Of a stretch of 64,000 nt of DNA, positions 23,392 to 35,846 are shown in pieces. Positions within the stretch are counted from its first letter, which is position 1; each line of letters begins with the position of its first letter. The DNA lies in assembly GCA_010093705.1 (NCBI GenBank), contig MU006114.1:186001-250000 (forward strand), in the 5' to 3' direction. Source of the DNA: Patellaria atrata CBS 101060 (Eukaryota). Both the position numbers and the translations under genes were made by a program. The notes below the pieces were generated by a model. That model made no database searches. It was not told the origin of the DNA and saw only the letters and a program-made list of their open reading frames with translations.

Positions 23392-26248
23392 ATGTCCTCT
23401 CCATCTATGTTAACAAAGGTAAAGGAGCTCCCACTACTTCATTAAGGATGAAACTTTTTCTAATGCAAGCTGCGTTAAAGTTCGAGTCGAAGTCTTCCCG
23501 AGCGAAAGGCATTGCTTTTCATCCCAAGAGGTCGCCAACCCCCAATATACCCTCCCCCACTTCCTTGTGCTAGGCTGATACGCTGCTAGACCATGGATCC
23601 TCGTTTCCCTACACTCGTCCACAATCCAGTTGTGGGATTACCGCATGGGTACGCTCATAGACCGATTCGAGGAGCATGATGGACCCGTTCGAGGGATTGA
23701 TTTCCATAAAACACAGCCGCTGTTCGTCTCTGGGGGTGATGACTACAAAATAAAAGTATGGTCTTACCAGACGAGAAGATGTCTGTTCACACTGAATGGA
23801 CATCTGGATTACGTTCGTACTGTGTTCTTCCACCATGAACTACCCTGGATTCTTTCGAGTTCCGACGATCAGACAATTAGAATATGGAATTGGCAGAACA
23901 GATCTTTGAGTACGTGAAGAGGAACATGATTGTGAACGGTCCTGGGTTGCTGATAATTGCTAGTATGTACAATGACTGGCCACAATCACTACACCATGTG
24001 CGCACAATTCCACCCTAAGGAGGATCTCATCGTTTCAGCGTCGCTTGACCAGTCTGTTCGCGTGTGGGATATCTCGGGGTTACGAAAAAAGCATTCGGCT
24101 CCCACTTCAATGAGCTTCGAAGACCAAATGGCTCGTTCAAATCAAAACCAAGCAGACATGTTCGGGAACACAGATGCTGTAGTCAAGTTTGTCCTCGAGG
24201 GTCACGATAGAGGTGTTAACTGGGTCGCTTTCCACCCAACCCTACCTCTTATCGTATCCGCCGGTGATGACAGACTTGTTAAATTATGGAGGATGAGCGG
24301 TAAGTCCAAGTCTGTGCACCTCGAACACCTTAATTGACGTTTCACAGAAACCAAGGCTTGGGAAGTCGAGACATGTCGAGGTCACTTTCAAAATGCTTCC
24401 GCTTGTCTCTTCCATCCTCATCAAGATCTCATACTTTCCGTTGGTGAAGACAAAACAATTCGCGTCTGGGATCTGAATAAGCGGACCCCAGTTCAGTCGT
24501 TCAAGCGCGAAAACGACCGTTTCTGGGTGATAGCGGCACATCCTGAAATTAATCTCTTTGCTGCCGGTCACGACAATGGAGTCATGGTCTTTAAACTTGA
24601 GCGGGAAAGGCCTGCATCTACCGTTCATCAAAATCAATTGTTTTACATCACAAAAGAAAAGCATGTACGGTCCTACGATTTCACAAAGAACGTCGAATCA
24701 CCCTCGATGCTATCTCTCAAGAAGTTAGGTTCTCCGTGGTTACCTCCTAGAACGCTATCTTATAACCCTACGGAGAGATCTATTCTTGTGACCTCCCCGG
24801 CAGACGGAGGCATTTACGAATTAATCAGCCTACCTCGAGATGCGAGTGGTGCGATTGAGCCGACGGATACTAAACGAGGTTCTGGTAATTCTGCGGTATT
24901 TGTCTCTCGCAACAGATTCGCAGTGTTTACCCAAAGTAACCAGCAGATCGATATCAAAGATCTGGCAAACTCTACCACCGAGACTATCAAACCCCCACAT
25001 GGCACAACTGACATATACTTTGGAGGTACGGGGTGTCTTCTTCTTATCACAGCTACGCAAGTGGTCCTATACGATATCCAGCAAAAGAAGAATCTTGCCG
25101 AGCTTGCGGTGAATGGGGTTAAGTATGTAGTTTGGTCGTCAGACGGATCACACGCGGCCCTCCTCAGTAAACATAATGTTACGATTGTTACGAAGTCATT
25201 GGAACAGGTTAGCACATTACACGAAACCATCCGGATCAAGAGTGCGACATGGGACGACGCAGGCATTCTACTCTATTCGACACTCAATCACATCAAATAT
25301 ACTCTAATGAATGGGTAAGTCTAATCAATCGGCCCCTGAAGGATATGCTGACCGTGCTACAGTGATAATGGAATAGTTCGTACTCTTGAACATACGGTCT
25401 ATCTCGTAAAAGTAAAGGGTCGTAATGTGTACTGCTTAGACCGCGCTGCTAAACCGAAAATTCTCACTATCGATCCTACAGAGTATCGCTTCAAACTGGC
25501 GCTTGTCAAGAGGAATTATGACGAGATGCTCAACATCATAAAGAACTCAAGTTTGGTTGGGCAGAGCATCATCTCCTATCTACAAAAGAAAGGATATCCA
25601 GAAATTGCTTTGCAATTCGTTCAGGATCCGCAGGCTCGTTTTGAGCTTGCCATTGAATGCGGAAACCTAGATGTTGCAGTTGAGATGGCCAAACAGCTCG
25701 ACCGCCCAAAACTTTGGACGCGTCTAAGCCAAGAAGCACTCGCTCATGGAAATCACCAAATTGTCGAAATGACTTACCAAAAGTTACGGAATTTCGACAA
25801 ACTATCATTCCTTTATCTGGCAACTGGGGATAGAGAGAAACTTACACGGATGGCCAAAATTGCAGAGCATCGCGGGGATATGACTTCCCGCTTCCAGAAC
25901 TCACTTTATCTCGGAGATGTGGAGAATCGAATCGAAATGTTCAAAGAAATTGATTTATATCCACTTGCGTACGCGACAGCTAAATCACAAGGACTCCAGG
26001 AGAAAGCTCAAGAGATCCTAGAAGCCACCGGACTCAGCGAAGAGGAAATAACCCTTCCGGAGTTGGGCACCCCCCTATCGCCTCCGAAACCCGTCGTACC
26101 TACCTATAAGGCAAATTGGCCTGTCAAGGGTACCTCCTCATCTGTTCTAGAGAAAATACTACTTGGTGAAGGAGCTGAGGAGGAAGATGGTGAAGAGGCA
26201 AACGGAGAAGATGAAGAAGATCTTATTGACGCCGATGCTTCAGATTAA
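23392..26248 (+). CDS. COP1: Coatomer subunit alpha, C-terminally truncated, about 861 aa (exons 23392-23418, 23481-23530, 23590-23909, 23964-24299, 24348-25314, 25363-26248)
   Basis: [23 protein letters not shown]...[23 protein letters not shown]40 propellers; alpha-solenoid [15 protein letters not shown] in the acidic linker after NWPVK. Confidence 0.95.
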
Positions 26249-26890
26249 ACGCGCGAATTCTTCCGTGGTTGAGGATATGTCTGAGTTCATTCATGTGAAT
26301 TGGAGGCCTGTCTCATCTGGCGTTGCAGTCAGGTATGTATCAAGTCTCCATTTAGGACTTGACAAAAGTTAGATGCGAAAATGTAGCATTGGTGTAATAG
26401 TGAGCGATATGAAGGTACGAATTGCACGAACAGTTGCGTCAATGTACCGTTTTGTCTCTTAGTTGATGGGTGTGGATGGCATTCTAGAAAGATACAATGA
26501 ATAAGTACTCAGGATACAGAATATCGAAATGTCACTTCACTTACTTTAGTGCTGTGCAAATGCTGTTCGATACTCATACCCCTATTGAAAGTTGCGGAGT
26601 AATTTCCTGAGGCGGGGTCCGGGGAAAAGTTCGTGCTTCCCATTTACCCCTTGGCATTTCGCCCCCAAAATTAGGCCGCCTGTTCCGTCTGTACATACAC
26701 CATACTTGTAGCTACGATTCAGCCTTGTAGACGGATCTGGGGTAGAACAGGTCGATCCTTCAGTTACTTGTGTGTACTCTTGTACAGCCGTATTCTCTGT
26801 AGATATAAGCAATACTATATTTGGCTTTTTGTGCTCCAACCTTCTAGTTTCCAGTTGAAGCTGTGTGTTTAGGAGCTGACGAGCAGAACC

Positions 26891-29549
26891 ATGGGCACAC
26901 CGCCCAAAAACAAGAGAACGAAATCCGCCTCAGTTGCGAAACCGCCATCAATAAATGTTGAGGATGTCAGCAACATCGGAGGAAGACCACCTAGCGGGAC
27001 AGTTGGTGAGTATAATGCCCACAGCTCTCTGGATCACGGGCAACATTATCGCTAACTCCTCATTAGAAGCTACGTTACCAGACGTGACGCAACTATCCGA
27101 AGAGCATAGATTCGATCACAGAAATAAGACTGACACATGGAAGCACCATCACAGGAAACAAAGTCCTGGTGTTGAATGGCGTGAGAAATGGACACAAGAG
27201 AGCTGGAAGCATGGAAGAGTGTTGTTGATCGATTATGTTGGTAAAGGTGTGGCCCAAACATGATGGTACCGGTTCGTCTGCAGACTAACAGTGCATTTCT
27301 AGATGATACACATGATGGCAGGCGAAGGATTCAAGCTCAAGAATTCCATGATGTAGATGGTTTGAGGAGATACTATAATAATGTAAGCGAGCCTTGCGGA
27401 ATGCTAGAATTGACGATAGCCCATGCGTTAACTGTTCATCAAGACAGATTTATCACGAAAGGCTGCTCTACGCTTAATGTAAGGATATCCCATAAAATTA
27501 TCATTGAGATGTAATTAGCATTGATGATCCTCTCACAGACATGTACAAAATGCCTCATGGGCAACCCGGTTTCTTCTCCGTAAATTTAACATTGATCACC
27601 ATAATGATCTCGTAGGAACAACATTTGGACGATGGGCTCGTTACGAAAAGCCGCAACGAAGAGCTGGGAAACCGGTCCTCAACGGCAAGGCTTTCCGCAC
27701 ACAACGTGATCCATGGCGAGGCATAAGTCGTTGCGCTTTTGGACTTGATTATCTGAAGTCCTATGATGCCCACAAAACCGCACTTACACCAAGCGACATT
27801 GAAGTCAAGATGATGGAGCTGAATGGGTATGATAATATGGATAATCCGAGTTATAAGTACGATGTCTTCGTCCAGCGTCTTTCCGTGTACATACAGAGGA
27901 GTGAAGGGGAGACCTATTCTCCGACTGATCCGAATATCATAAGTCCTTATAGTACCGAAGAGAATCAGGAGGAGTACAGAGCGATGCAGGAGCGTCATGG
28001 GTCCGATGCTGAGGACGTCTGGTTTAGTGGATATTCGCCGCACCTGGACGAATTAGACAACGGAAACACCATTATCATCTTTGAACACTCTCAATCAGGT
28101 TCAGCTATAGATACTTTGATTGGTGCGAGACAAGAAATCGAAAACCGATGGCGAAGACTCACGTTTTATCTACCGAAGGACGATGCTCTGAGCGAAGACT
28201 GGCTGGTTGATGAGTCTATGGATCTCATCTTAAAGGACATTTTCAAAAGGCTCTCTCATGCGTGGGAGAAATACCTTGACCGGTGCGAGACTCATGTCGG
28301 GATCTTGGAGGACAAAATCTACGAAAACCCAGCAGACGAGTCTCGCGCTCCCGAACTATGGCAAAACGGCAACCTCTGGCTCAAAGTCGAGAAACTAGTC
28401 TACATTCATATTGACGTGGCCAAAGAAATAAAAAACGAAATCAAAGCTCTTGTCAACGACGACAGCCAAGACGAATGGCTCGAGAACACCGTCGAGGACT
28501 TCGAAAAGCTCGCCAACCTCGTGCAAGAAGACCTCGTCAAGCCGACCGCAAACCTCTCCGACCTCATGTACAAGTCGGTTGAGATCCGCGACAGCCGCCA
28601 TTCCATCGCTCTGGGACTGAGTATGTGGCGTCTCTCTTGGATCACCTTCATCTTCCTACCGCTGACGTTCATGGTCGGCTTCTTTGGCATGAACGTCAGC
28701 ACTTTCTCCGATGAGTCCCTACCGAGCATAAAATGGTTCTTCATCGCCGCAATTCCCTTCGCCCTCGTCATCGTCGTCGGATGGTATTTCGTCAAACACT
28801 CCCTCGCGAGGAATAAGCAGTCTCCTCTTCGCAGAGGCCTGTACGAGAACCTCTTTCACGACCTCGCCGCCGACCATCCCTCTATGTGGTCCCGCGCCGG
28901 GCCCCGCGAGACAGTCGTCCCCGAAGGTATCGTCTCTAGCATCAAGTGGCGCCTCATCAGCATGTGGTACCAACCCGACAAGACCATCGTCTCCCGCGGC
29001 TACGACCCAGGGAACGACGAGCTCGGCGTTTGGGCCCGCACCAAGCGTTTCTTCGTGCGCAAGTGGTTGAGCGAAATCCGCATCACGCCCGCTTCCTCCG
29101 CAGCTGCAGCGGCAGATATCACGGAGACTGGCGACGTGCACTCTCTCGATCAGGACTTGGGAGCCGTCACGGAACTGTTGAGCGTGGCGACGCAGATAGG
29201 GGTCGGGTCGTTGGAACCGAGTGCTGCAACGGTCAGCACGCCGCCTACGGGTTCACCGAACAGGAACCGGAGCCGCAATAGGCCGAGAAACAGAGATGTC
29301 AGTCCCCGCCGTAGTCGTGCGCGGGGAAGCTCTGATGCGCTTGCGAGACCGGGGAGTGCGCATTCGAGCGGTGGTGTTATGGTTGAGGAGGAGAGTGATG
29401 ACTCGGATGAGGGCAGCGAGCCTGAAGACGCGATGAGGAGTGAGAGACGGAGGGATGAGAGGAGGAGGGAGAGCGTGCAGAGACCGTTGGTCACAGAACG
29501 GTTGAGTGTGCCTATCTTTCCGGGGCGAGCCAGTGAGCACACACCTTGA
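26891..29549 (+). CDS. CorA-like Mg2+ transporter family protein (exons approx. 26891-27005, 27067-27246, 27303-27382, 27444-27478, 27539-29549)
   Basis: Two C-terminal TM helices with ITFIFLPLTFMVGFFGMN (GMN signature); four introns give a continuous frame. The exon 2 donor could be 27241 or 27247. Confidence 0.88.
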
Positions 29550-30607
29550 ACGCTCACAACGGGTGTCCTTCTATGATGGTTGGCTTGAAGGTCAGGGTAG
29601 AGGTGTAGATGGCAGATTTTATTACATTTACGATGGTATGTATATTTTCAGGTTCTATTATATATTTAGCGCTGACCCGAGGACTACGGGCGTCAGACCT
29701 CGGTGTCGGTGATATAGTTGTATAGCATAGTGGTATATAGTAGAATAGCTGTTCCGCTTTGCATAGGTAGATAATCATCGAGACCATCAGAAAAGCTCGA
29801 AACCCCATGAAGACTTCTCATATCTTCTTCCCGCCAACCCCGTCACACCCCTAACATAAACACAACACGCAGACATGGAGACCACCCGCGCCGTGAAGTA
29901 GACCGTGAAGCAGAGACAAGAATCCAGGACCAACTTGCCCTCTCCCCCATTCACCCAAAAAATAAGTACATCCCCACCCCACATCGACCTCATAACCAAC
30001 AATTCCAACCTCCGGGTTTTCGTAGAAATTTGCGACTAAGTAATCGATTCCCAGTTAAATTGGTCTCCTCTAGTATCCTGAGTACGATCCCGCGTTGTCG
30101 GGAATTTGCATCCCAGGCTACTCGCTCAGGCGGGGGAACCATTAAATTCCCCCCTCCTAAAAAAAAAAGGGGGGGAGCCGCGATTTCTTTTTTTTAATTC
30201 CTCTTTCTGAGGGTTATGGGAGGTTATTGTGGTACATAGTGGTCGTGAGCATTTTCTGGAGTGAGCCTTAGCCGACGCGGGGGCGATGCTCTATAAATAG
30301 GCTCGCTAGTCCTAAAGCGGAAACCTGCATGGATCAGAATTTCGTCGAACGTCTGCGCGAAAATCAGAGGTCTCAACAACCAAAATAAAAGTAAGTTTTT
30401 TAATTGCTTCCACAACTGTTAATGAAATTCTGAAAGTTGGAGTCGGATAAGAACAATATTTAGAGCATATCTACAATTTTATCAAGAAGTTAACAGCGTT
30501 GGTGGTATAGTAAATAGACTGAGAGGGATTCTATATATAAAATATGCCAAGATAAATGCTCGTTGTGGTGTGATTGGTTGGTTCTACAGCGGACTCTAGA
30601 ACCAGAG

Positions 30608-31163
30608 CGTGGAACAATTTCTAATGCTCCCCCGTCGACCAAAAGCAGTTTCAATCACTATAGCAGTTTTAATTACTATAGCAGTTTTAAATAGCACCTT
30701 AGAAGCGTCTTGTAAGGTTTAGCCGCTAAATCCCGTCGGCCCTTCGGTCTGAAAATGCTGAGTTTTGATTATTTCAAAGCGCTGAGTATAATACTAAAAC
30801 GAAGCATCTCAGAAAACGAGCTTTCTATCTAGAGAAAGCCATCTATTTGGAGAAGAAATATATTCAGAGAATATATCTATACGACAGGTGATAGTAAATT
30901 CGGTGTATCATTATTAAGGCTAAAAAACGGCGTGAAGGCGTCTTTAATATCCACCAACCTAGGCTGCTACTAAATCGTTAAAAGTTATTAACACTAGATA
31001 GAAGCCATAGTCTAAACCTATTTGCGGTGCTCGGTGATACCAAAGCACCGATTGAGTCGCTGAATCTTATAAAACAGTGCTAAGTGTGCATTTGAAACTG
31101 CTGTAGTAGATTGTCGTAGTTGAAACTTTTTTGATCGACGGGAAGCATTAGAAACAGTTCCTC
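30608..31163. mobile_element. Non-autonomous DNA transposon (MITE), 556 bp, 8-bp TSD (hAT-like)
   Basis: Imperfect TIRs GGAACAATTTCTAATGCTCCCCCGTCGACCAAAAGCAGTTTCAA vs reverse-complement GGAACTGTTTCTAATGCTTCCCGTCGATCAAAAAAGTTTCAA; direct repeat AACCAGAG at 30600-30607 and 31164-31171; no ORF in the track. Confidence 0.85.
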
Positions 31164-31534
31164 AACCAGAGTTAAATACTTTCTACTTTACTTGATATGT
31201 TTCCGGGAAGGTCCTTGACTGTACTTTGAGTAAGAAACACCACCACGGATAGAACCCACCTTAGAAAAAGATATTCGATACGGCTTGCTTGTGCGTGCAC
31301 TTTTCCTAGGTAGTAACGCTTTATTCACACCACAACATGCGAGTACGGGGGATTACGAGACACCACCAGGAGCTGCAAAAGTCGCGGTCTACCAAAGGTC
31401 GAGGACGAACCTATGCAATATATTTTTCATTTCTATGGTTTCTTAGACCAGCCTTTACCCACTACTCAGAGCAGCAATAGCGATCCCTCCTTTCAATCTC
31501 CTCGGTTCCCCCAGTTTCCAATCTTCCCGCTTTT

Positions 31535-32386
31535 CTACGCCGTCCATGTAACCGCAGTGGTGCCCGTGGTTGTACCGTTCCCCTGGATGACGTTGATCGC
31601 ATTCACCAACGCCGGCCACCATCTCGCCGCCATCTTCGTATCACCCGCATCGTTGGGATGCACGCCATCCCTCAGGTCGGTCTGTGCATTATATCCAGTG
31701 TACTGGTCGACGACCCAGATGGGGGAGTTGGTCTGGTTGAGCCCTTGAGCCCATGGGATGATGGCCTTATTCAGGTTCTGGATCTGGGTGTTGTAGTTGC
31801 CGATTTGGATTGGGATAATTTGGGCGACCTGGAAGGGTTGTTAGGTTGAAGGGTGCAGTGAAGGATTGTGTGCAGTATAGAGCGTGCATCGGAAAGGGGA
31901 GAATAAAAGAGACTTAGGCGCAGAAAGGATTTGGCTTACGATGATCTTCATGTTGGGATTCGAGGCTCTCATTTGACCCACAAGCTTTGTGAAAGCAGTA
32001 ATAATGTCATTAACGGGCTTATTCTGCTGCACGATGTCGTTGGTACCCAAATGCATGGTGATTAGGTCCGCAGGGTTGCGTTGCAACCAACCGACGAGCT
32101 GGTTCTGGTTGGCGATGTTGATGGCAAGGAAGCCCGAGTGACCTTCATTGTCCTTGTCGTAGTTGGGGATTCTGCAGCCGGCACCTTGGGCGTTGCCGTT
32201 GGTGCCGGAGCCGACGAAGTCGATATTGGTGTAGCCAGCTTGTTGGAGCTGTTGCCAGATGAGACCTCGCCAACAGACGATTTCGGTGATAGAGTCGCCG
32301 AAGGGCATATAACGGATCTTTGAGGTTTGTGCAATGACGGAAGAGATGAGGAGGGCGAGACCACCGAGGCCGCTGAGCTTGACCAT
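31535..32386 (-). CDS. Secreted SGNH/GDSL esterase, CE3-like (exons 32386-31940, 31828-31535)
   Basis: Signal peptide MVKLSGLGGLALLISSVIA; blocks PFGDSIT, EGHSG, HLGTND, DGVHPN. Confidence 0.93.
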
Positions 32387-32746
32387 TTTGAAAGATTGGA
32401 AACGATGAACAGAAAAGTAGAAACGATTGTATGTACAGAAACTTACAGCGACTAGATAACTAGTTTGAGGGTAGATAAAGAAATATATATACTTAGTTAT
32501 TCCCACCAAGAAATCTTCTCATAAAGATTGAGCATCACCAGTTCAATGATGTATACCATCATAGTTTCCCCGCATTTGTTAAAGGAAACAATGAAGAGGC
32601 GGCCCGGAATACGCGATCGTGCGGGAACATCAAAGAATTAACTGGAAATGAGTAGGCTTGATGGAAAAGTCTGGGGAATATTCATAGTGGATAGGTCAGA
32701 CTTGTCGACCGATGTCTGATTGAAACGCGTAAAAGCGACATAGTAA

Positions 32747-32800
32747 CTAGATACGGTACCCAGATACGGGACCTAGATACGGGACCTAGATACGGGACCT
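32747..32800 (+). repeat. 13-bp tandem repeat x4 (CTAGATACGGGAC)
   Basis: CTAGATACGGTAC CCAGATACGGGAC CTAGATACGGGAC CTAGATACGGGAC. Confidence 0.9.
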
Positions 32801-35139
32801 GGTGAGATGATGTTCCAATCATTCTTCTCGCCGGTACCGGGAGATTTTGGTGAACATGGTATGGTACCTGGTGAGAGAAGATCATAGCCAGGTGAATAGA
32901 ATTTCTCGTTTTGCAGCCAGGTGAGCAATAGATTCCTTGAGGTAAGGTAGCTCTTCATTGGAGATATATGAATATTCAATCTATTCGGCACTTGAATGTC
33001 TGATCCATGTTCCTGAACCGGGTAATTCGTGATGCGGATTTCTTGGCATCTTCCAGAATCCGTTGTACAGATGGTGGCTGCCGCTGTCAAAATCAAAATA
33101 TGGGAGGTCGTTACGTCTTCCAGATGTGACTGGGTTATTCTCCACGATTGGTAGTGTCAACGGTATTGACCGGGATAAGAGGCTTAAGAAATTAGCGAAA
33201 AGGGAAGGGGAACAACCAGGGGTCGAAGATATTAACAAAAGGTCCTGCTACGGACAAAAGGCGACCCCTCAGTTTAATTAAAAGGCATTGAATCAAAACT
33301 CAAAATGAAAAAAAAGCAAGACAAAGACTTTTCAAAATTCAACAACGAACGGGAACCTAAGGATTAATAAATAATATCACTACTGTGACTTGTAGTGGAA
33401 GACATGCGAATACGGATACCACGTGAATCTTCTGCTTATATAAATAAGGACCAAAAACGAAGTGAACAGACATAACATGACTGATAAAATATGTAAGAAC
33501 AAAAATTGTAGTGCAAGCATTGTCCACCTGTTTGAAGATATCTCAAAGTCAGTCTAGTGTGCTAAATAATCCGAAAAAATAATATCTGGGTAACCTAGGT
33601 AACTAGCTGTATTATTATTGTTGCATCCCAAGATCCAGCATATTTCGGGTTGAGATAAATTAACCTTCGAAGAAAGCGGATTGTTCAAAAGTAATGAAGA
33701 ATAATCAAAGTAGAAGCGTCTCAGCCCGGGAGACAAGTCGGTAATATTCGATCCCTTAGTCCGCTCGTGGAACGCCCCACACTTATAGGTGATCCATATA
33801 TACAGGCAGCAGTAGTGTGCAAAGGACTGAGGTACTTAGTCAATCTCGCAGTGTTGAATTTCCCTAGCAGCACCTCTGTTAAGTGAAAAATGAGAGGGTA
33901 GTGGAAGGGAGTAGATAAGAGAATACTGTATCGACCTTTTTGGGCCTCACGACAGTACATATTGCATAGTCTCCTTCCACGTCCACTACATGTAATGCAA
34001 TTATACCGCTAAGAATGCACGCACTGTGTTGTTAGTAGAGGGCACACCCCTAGAAGAAGAGGTCAAGAGCAATCTCTCTGGGGTGGTTCCTTCGTTGCGA
34101 GAACTTTCGAGAGGAAGGCACTTGCTCGACTATTAAGTCCCTTAGTTGTAGCGAAGATCGCGTGCGTTATACTGAAGAGTTATGATTTGACCGTAGAATG
34201 TGTGTCTAGTGGTGATCACCTCGATATAGAGGGTCCTGAGAGAATTCGATCCCGCCTATCATATGATTTTTCCGAAAGTTGCATTTCCCGACGCATAGAG
34301 TCTGTATATCCGGGAAAGTAGAATGAGAATCTTCAACATAGTTGAATCTCCGGCATACCCGATGGACTTTATCTCTTCACTGATGTTTTGTGATGTTGCG
34401 AATGCCCTAGGAGGATACATACCCTGGGGATAGGGGATGTTAGGAATATCTAGAATGATTTCGAGATCTCTTTTAATCCTCGTTGGTGTGCAGTTGACAC
34501 AAGTAGTAAGTAGGGGCATTTTGTAAGATTCTATCATATGGACATTTCCGAAATAGATCTAGAGGCTTTCCCGTAATGAAAGGGTTCACAGACGTAGAGT
34601 ATGGTTGAGGGACAACAGCACAGTGAGGGCTGAGAGTGAGTCCTCGTCAAACACGGTAGTAATGAACTAAAAGTGAGCGGATCTTCAGTTTCTATATTGA
34701 GGCCAGTAAGATTTGATTATCAACGTACTGGAGTTGAACTTCAGAGATACTTTTAATAAGTTTGGTGCAGAAATCCTGGAGACGTTCACATGCGTGCCAA
34801 GCTGCACACGTCCTAGAAAGCTTAGCTCTCATCCCAAGGGTTATGTAACTCTCCCTGAGACACCAACACTTGCGCATAACCTTCATACTAATCTCTGTCA
34901 GGACCTACACGGAAAGATTACTATAGCAACTTAGACGTTGACATCATCAAGCTCTTCTACCAATACCAGGAACTGGAGCTTGAAAGAGGAGGGAAAACGA
35001 CGAGTATTTGAACAAAGTCCTGGACGCGCGTTACAATCCTAACAGCTTTAGATCCTTTCATACTGTCGTGCGACTTCAAACCTTTGCGATAGGGCCTCAC
35101 ATACGTCACAACTAAAAACATATCAAAGACATCGCGAAC

Positions 35140-35606
35140 ATGGGTGCTCTTGGCAACATCGTTCCACTGGTGATTCTACTCGGGTTCACTGCATTTGGAG
35201 CATACATTGGAATACAGCTTTACGTATGGGTGAACGAGCTTGCCGACCGCGGCATAAAGAAGATGGAAAAGAAGAATGTCGTCTTCTCCAAGGACGGGAT
35301 GAAGGTTGGCGTTAAGGAGGTGCGCGACGAGGATATCGCAGATAAGACACAAAGGTACCCCTACCGAGCGATCATGGTTAAGTGGTGGTATTGTGCTGAT
35401 GTTCGATGATTGTAGTTTGTTTGTAAAAGCATGGTCTTATACTTCGTTTCCCGCATATAAGAGCAGATTGGGATGGAAAACTACAGCTGATGATGCGCCA
35501 GCGTACGTCCCCTTAGAAGACTAAAGGATAAGGCACTTATATTGACAAAGACAGGGTACCTTCATCGAAGGGACAAGCGGCGTTGAATAGGAATCGGACG
35601 ATGTAG
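35140..35606 (+). CDS. Small single-pass membrane protein of unknown function (exons 35140-35354, 35416-35502, 35555-35606)
   Basis: N-terminal hydrophobic helix IVPLVILLGFTAFGAYIGIQLY, then KMEKKNVVFSKDGMKVGVK; two canonical introns keep the frame. Confidence 0.8.
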
Positions 35607-35846
35607 TTTGAGAAGGAACTTATTTCCACTGTGATGTGATGTAGGGCAAATAAGTGCATGATGAACGTCTATGATTCACGAAGCAAGTGATGCCAGAGAT
35701 GGATAATATTCTTTTTGGGGGGGAGGGGAGGGTGGTTAACACCCAGGGAATACGAACACTGTTACCTAGAGACCCCATCAAGAGACTTTTCTACAAATAG
35801 AATGTGCTGGGAGTCAATATTCTATTTTCTAAATCTATTTGGCCAT

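Noticed and set aside
26246..26372. Readthrough or programmed frameshift rescuing alpha-COP
   Set aside because: All frames close within about 125 nt and no CTD-coding sequence follows.
32747..32800. CRISPR-like array
   Set aside because: Eukaryotic DNA; contiguous 13-bp units with no spacers.
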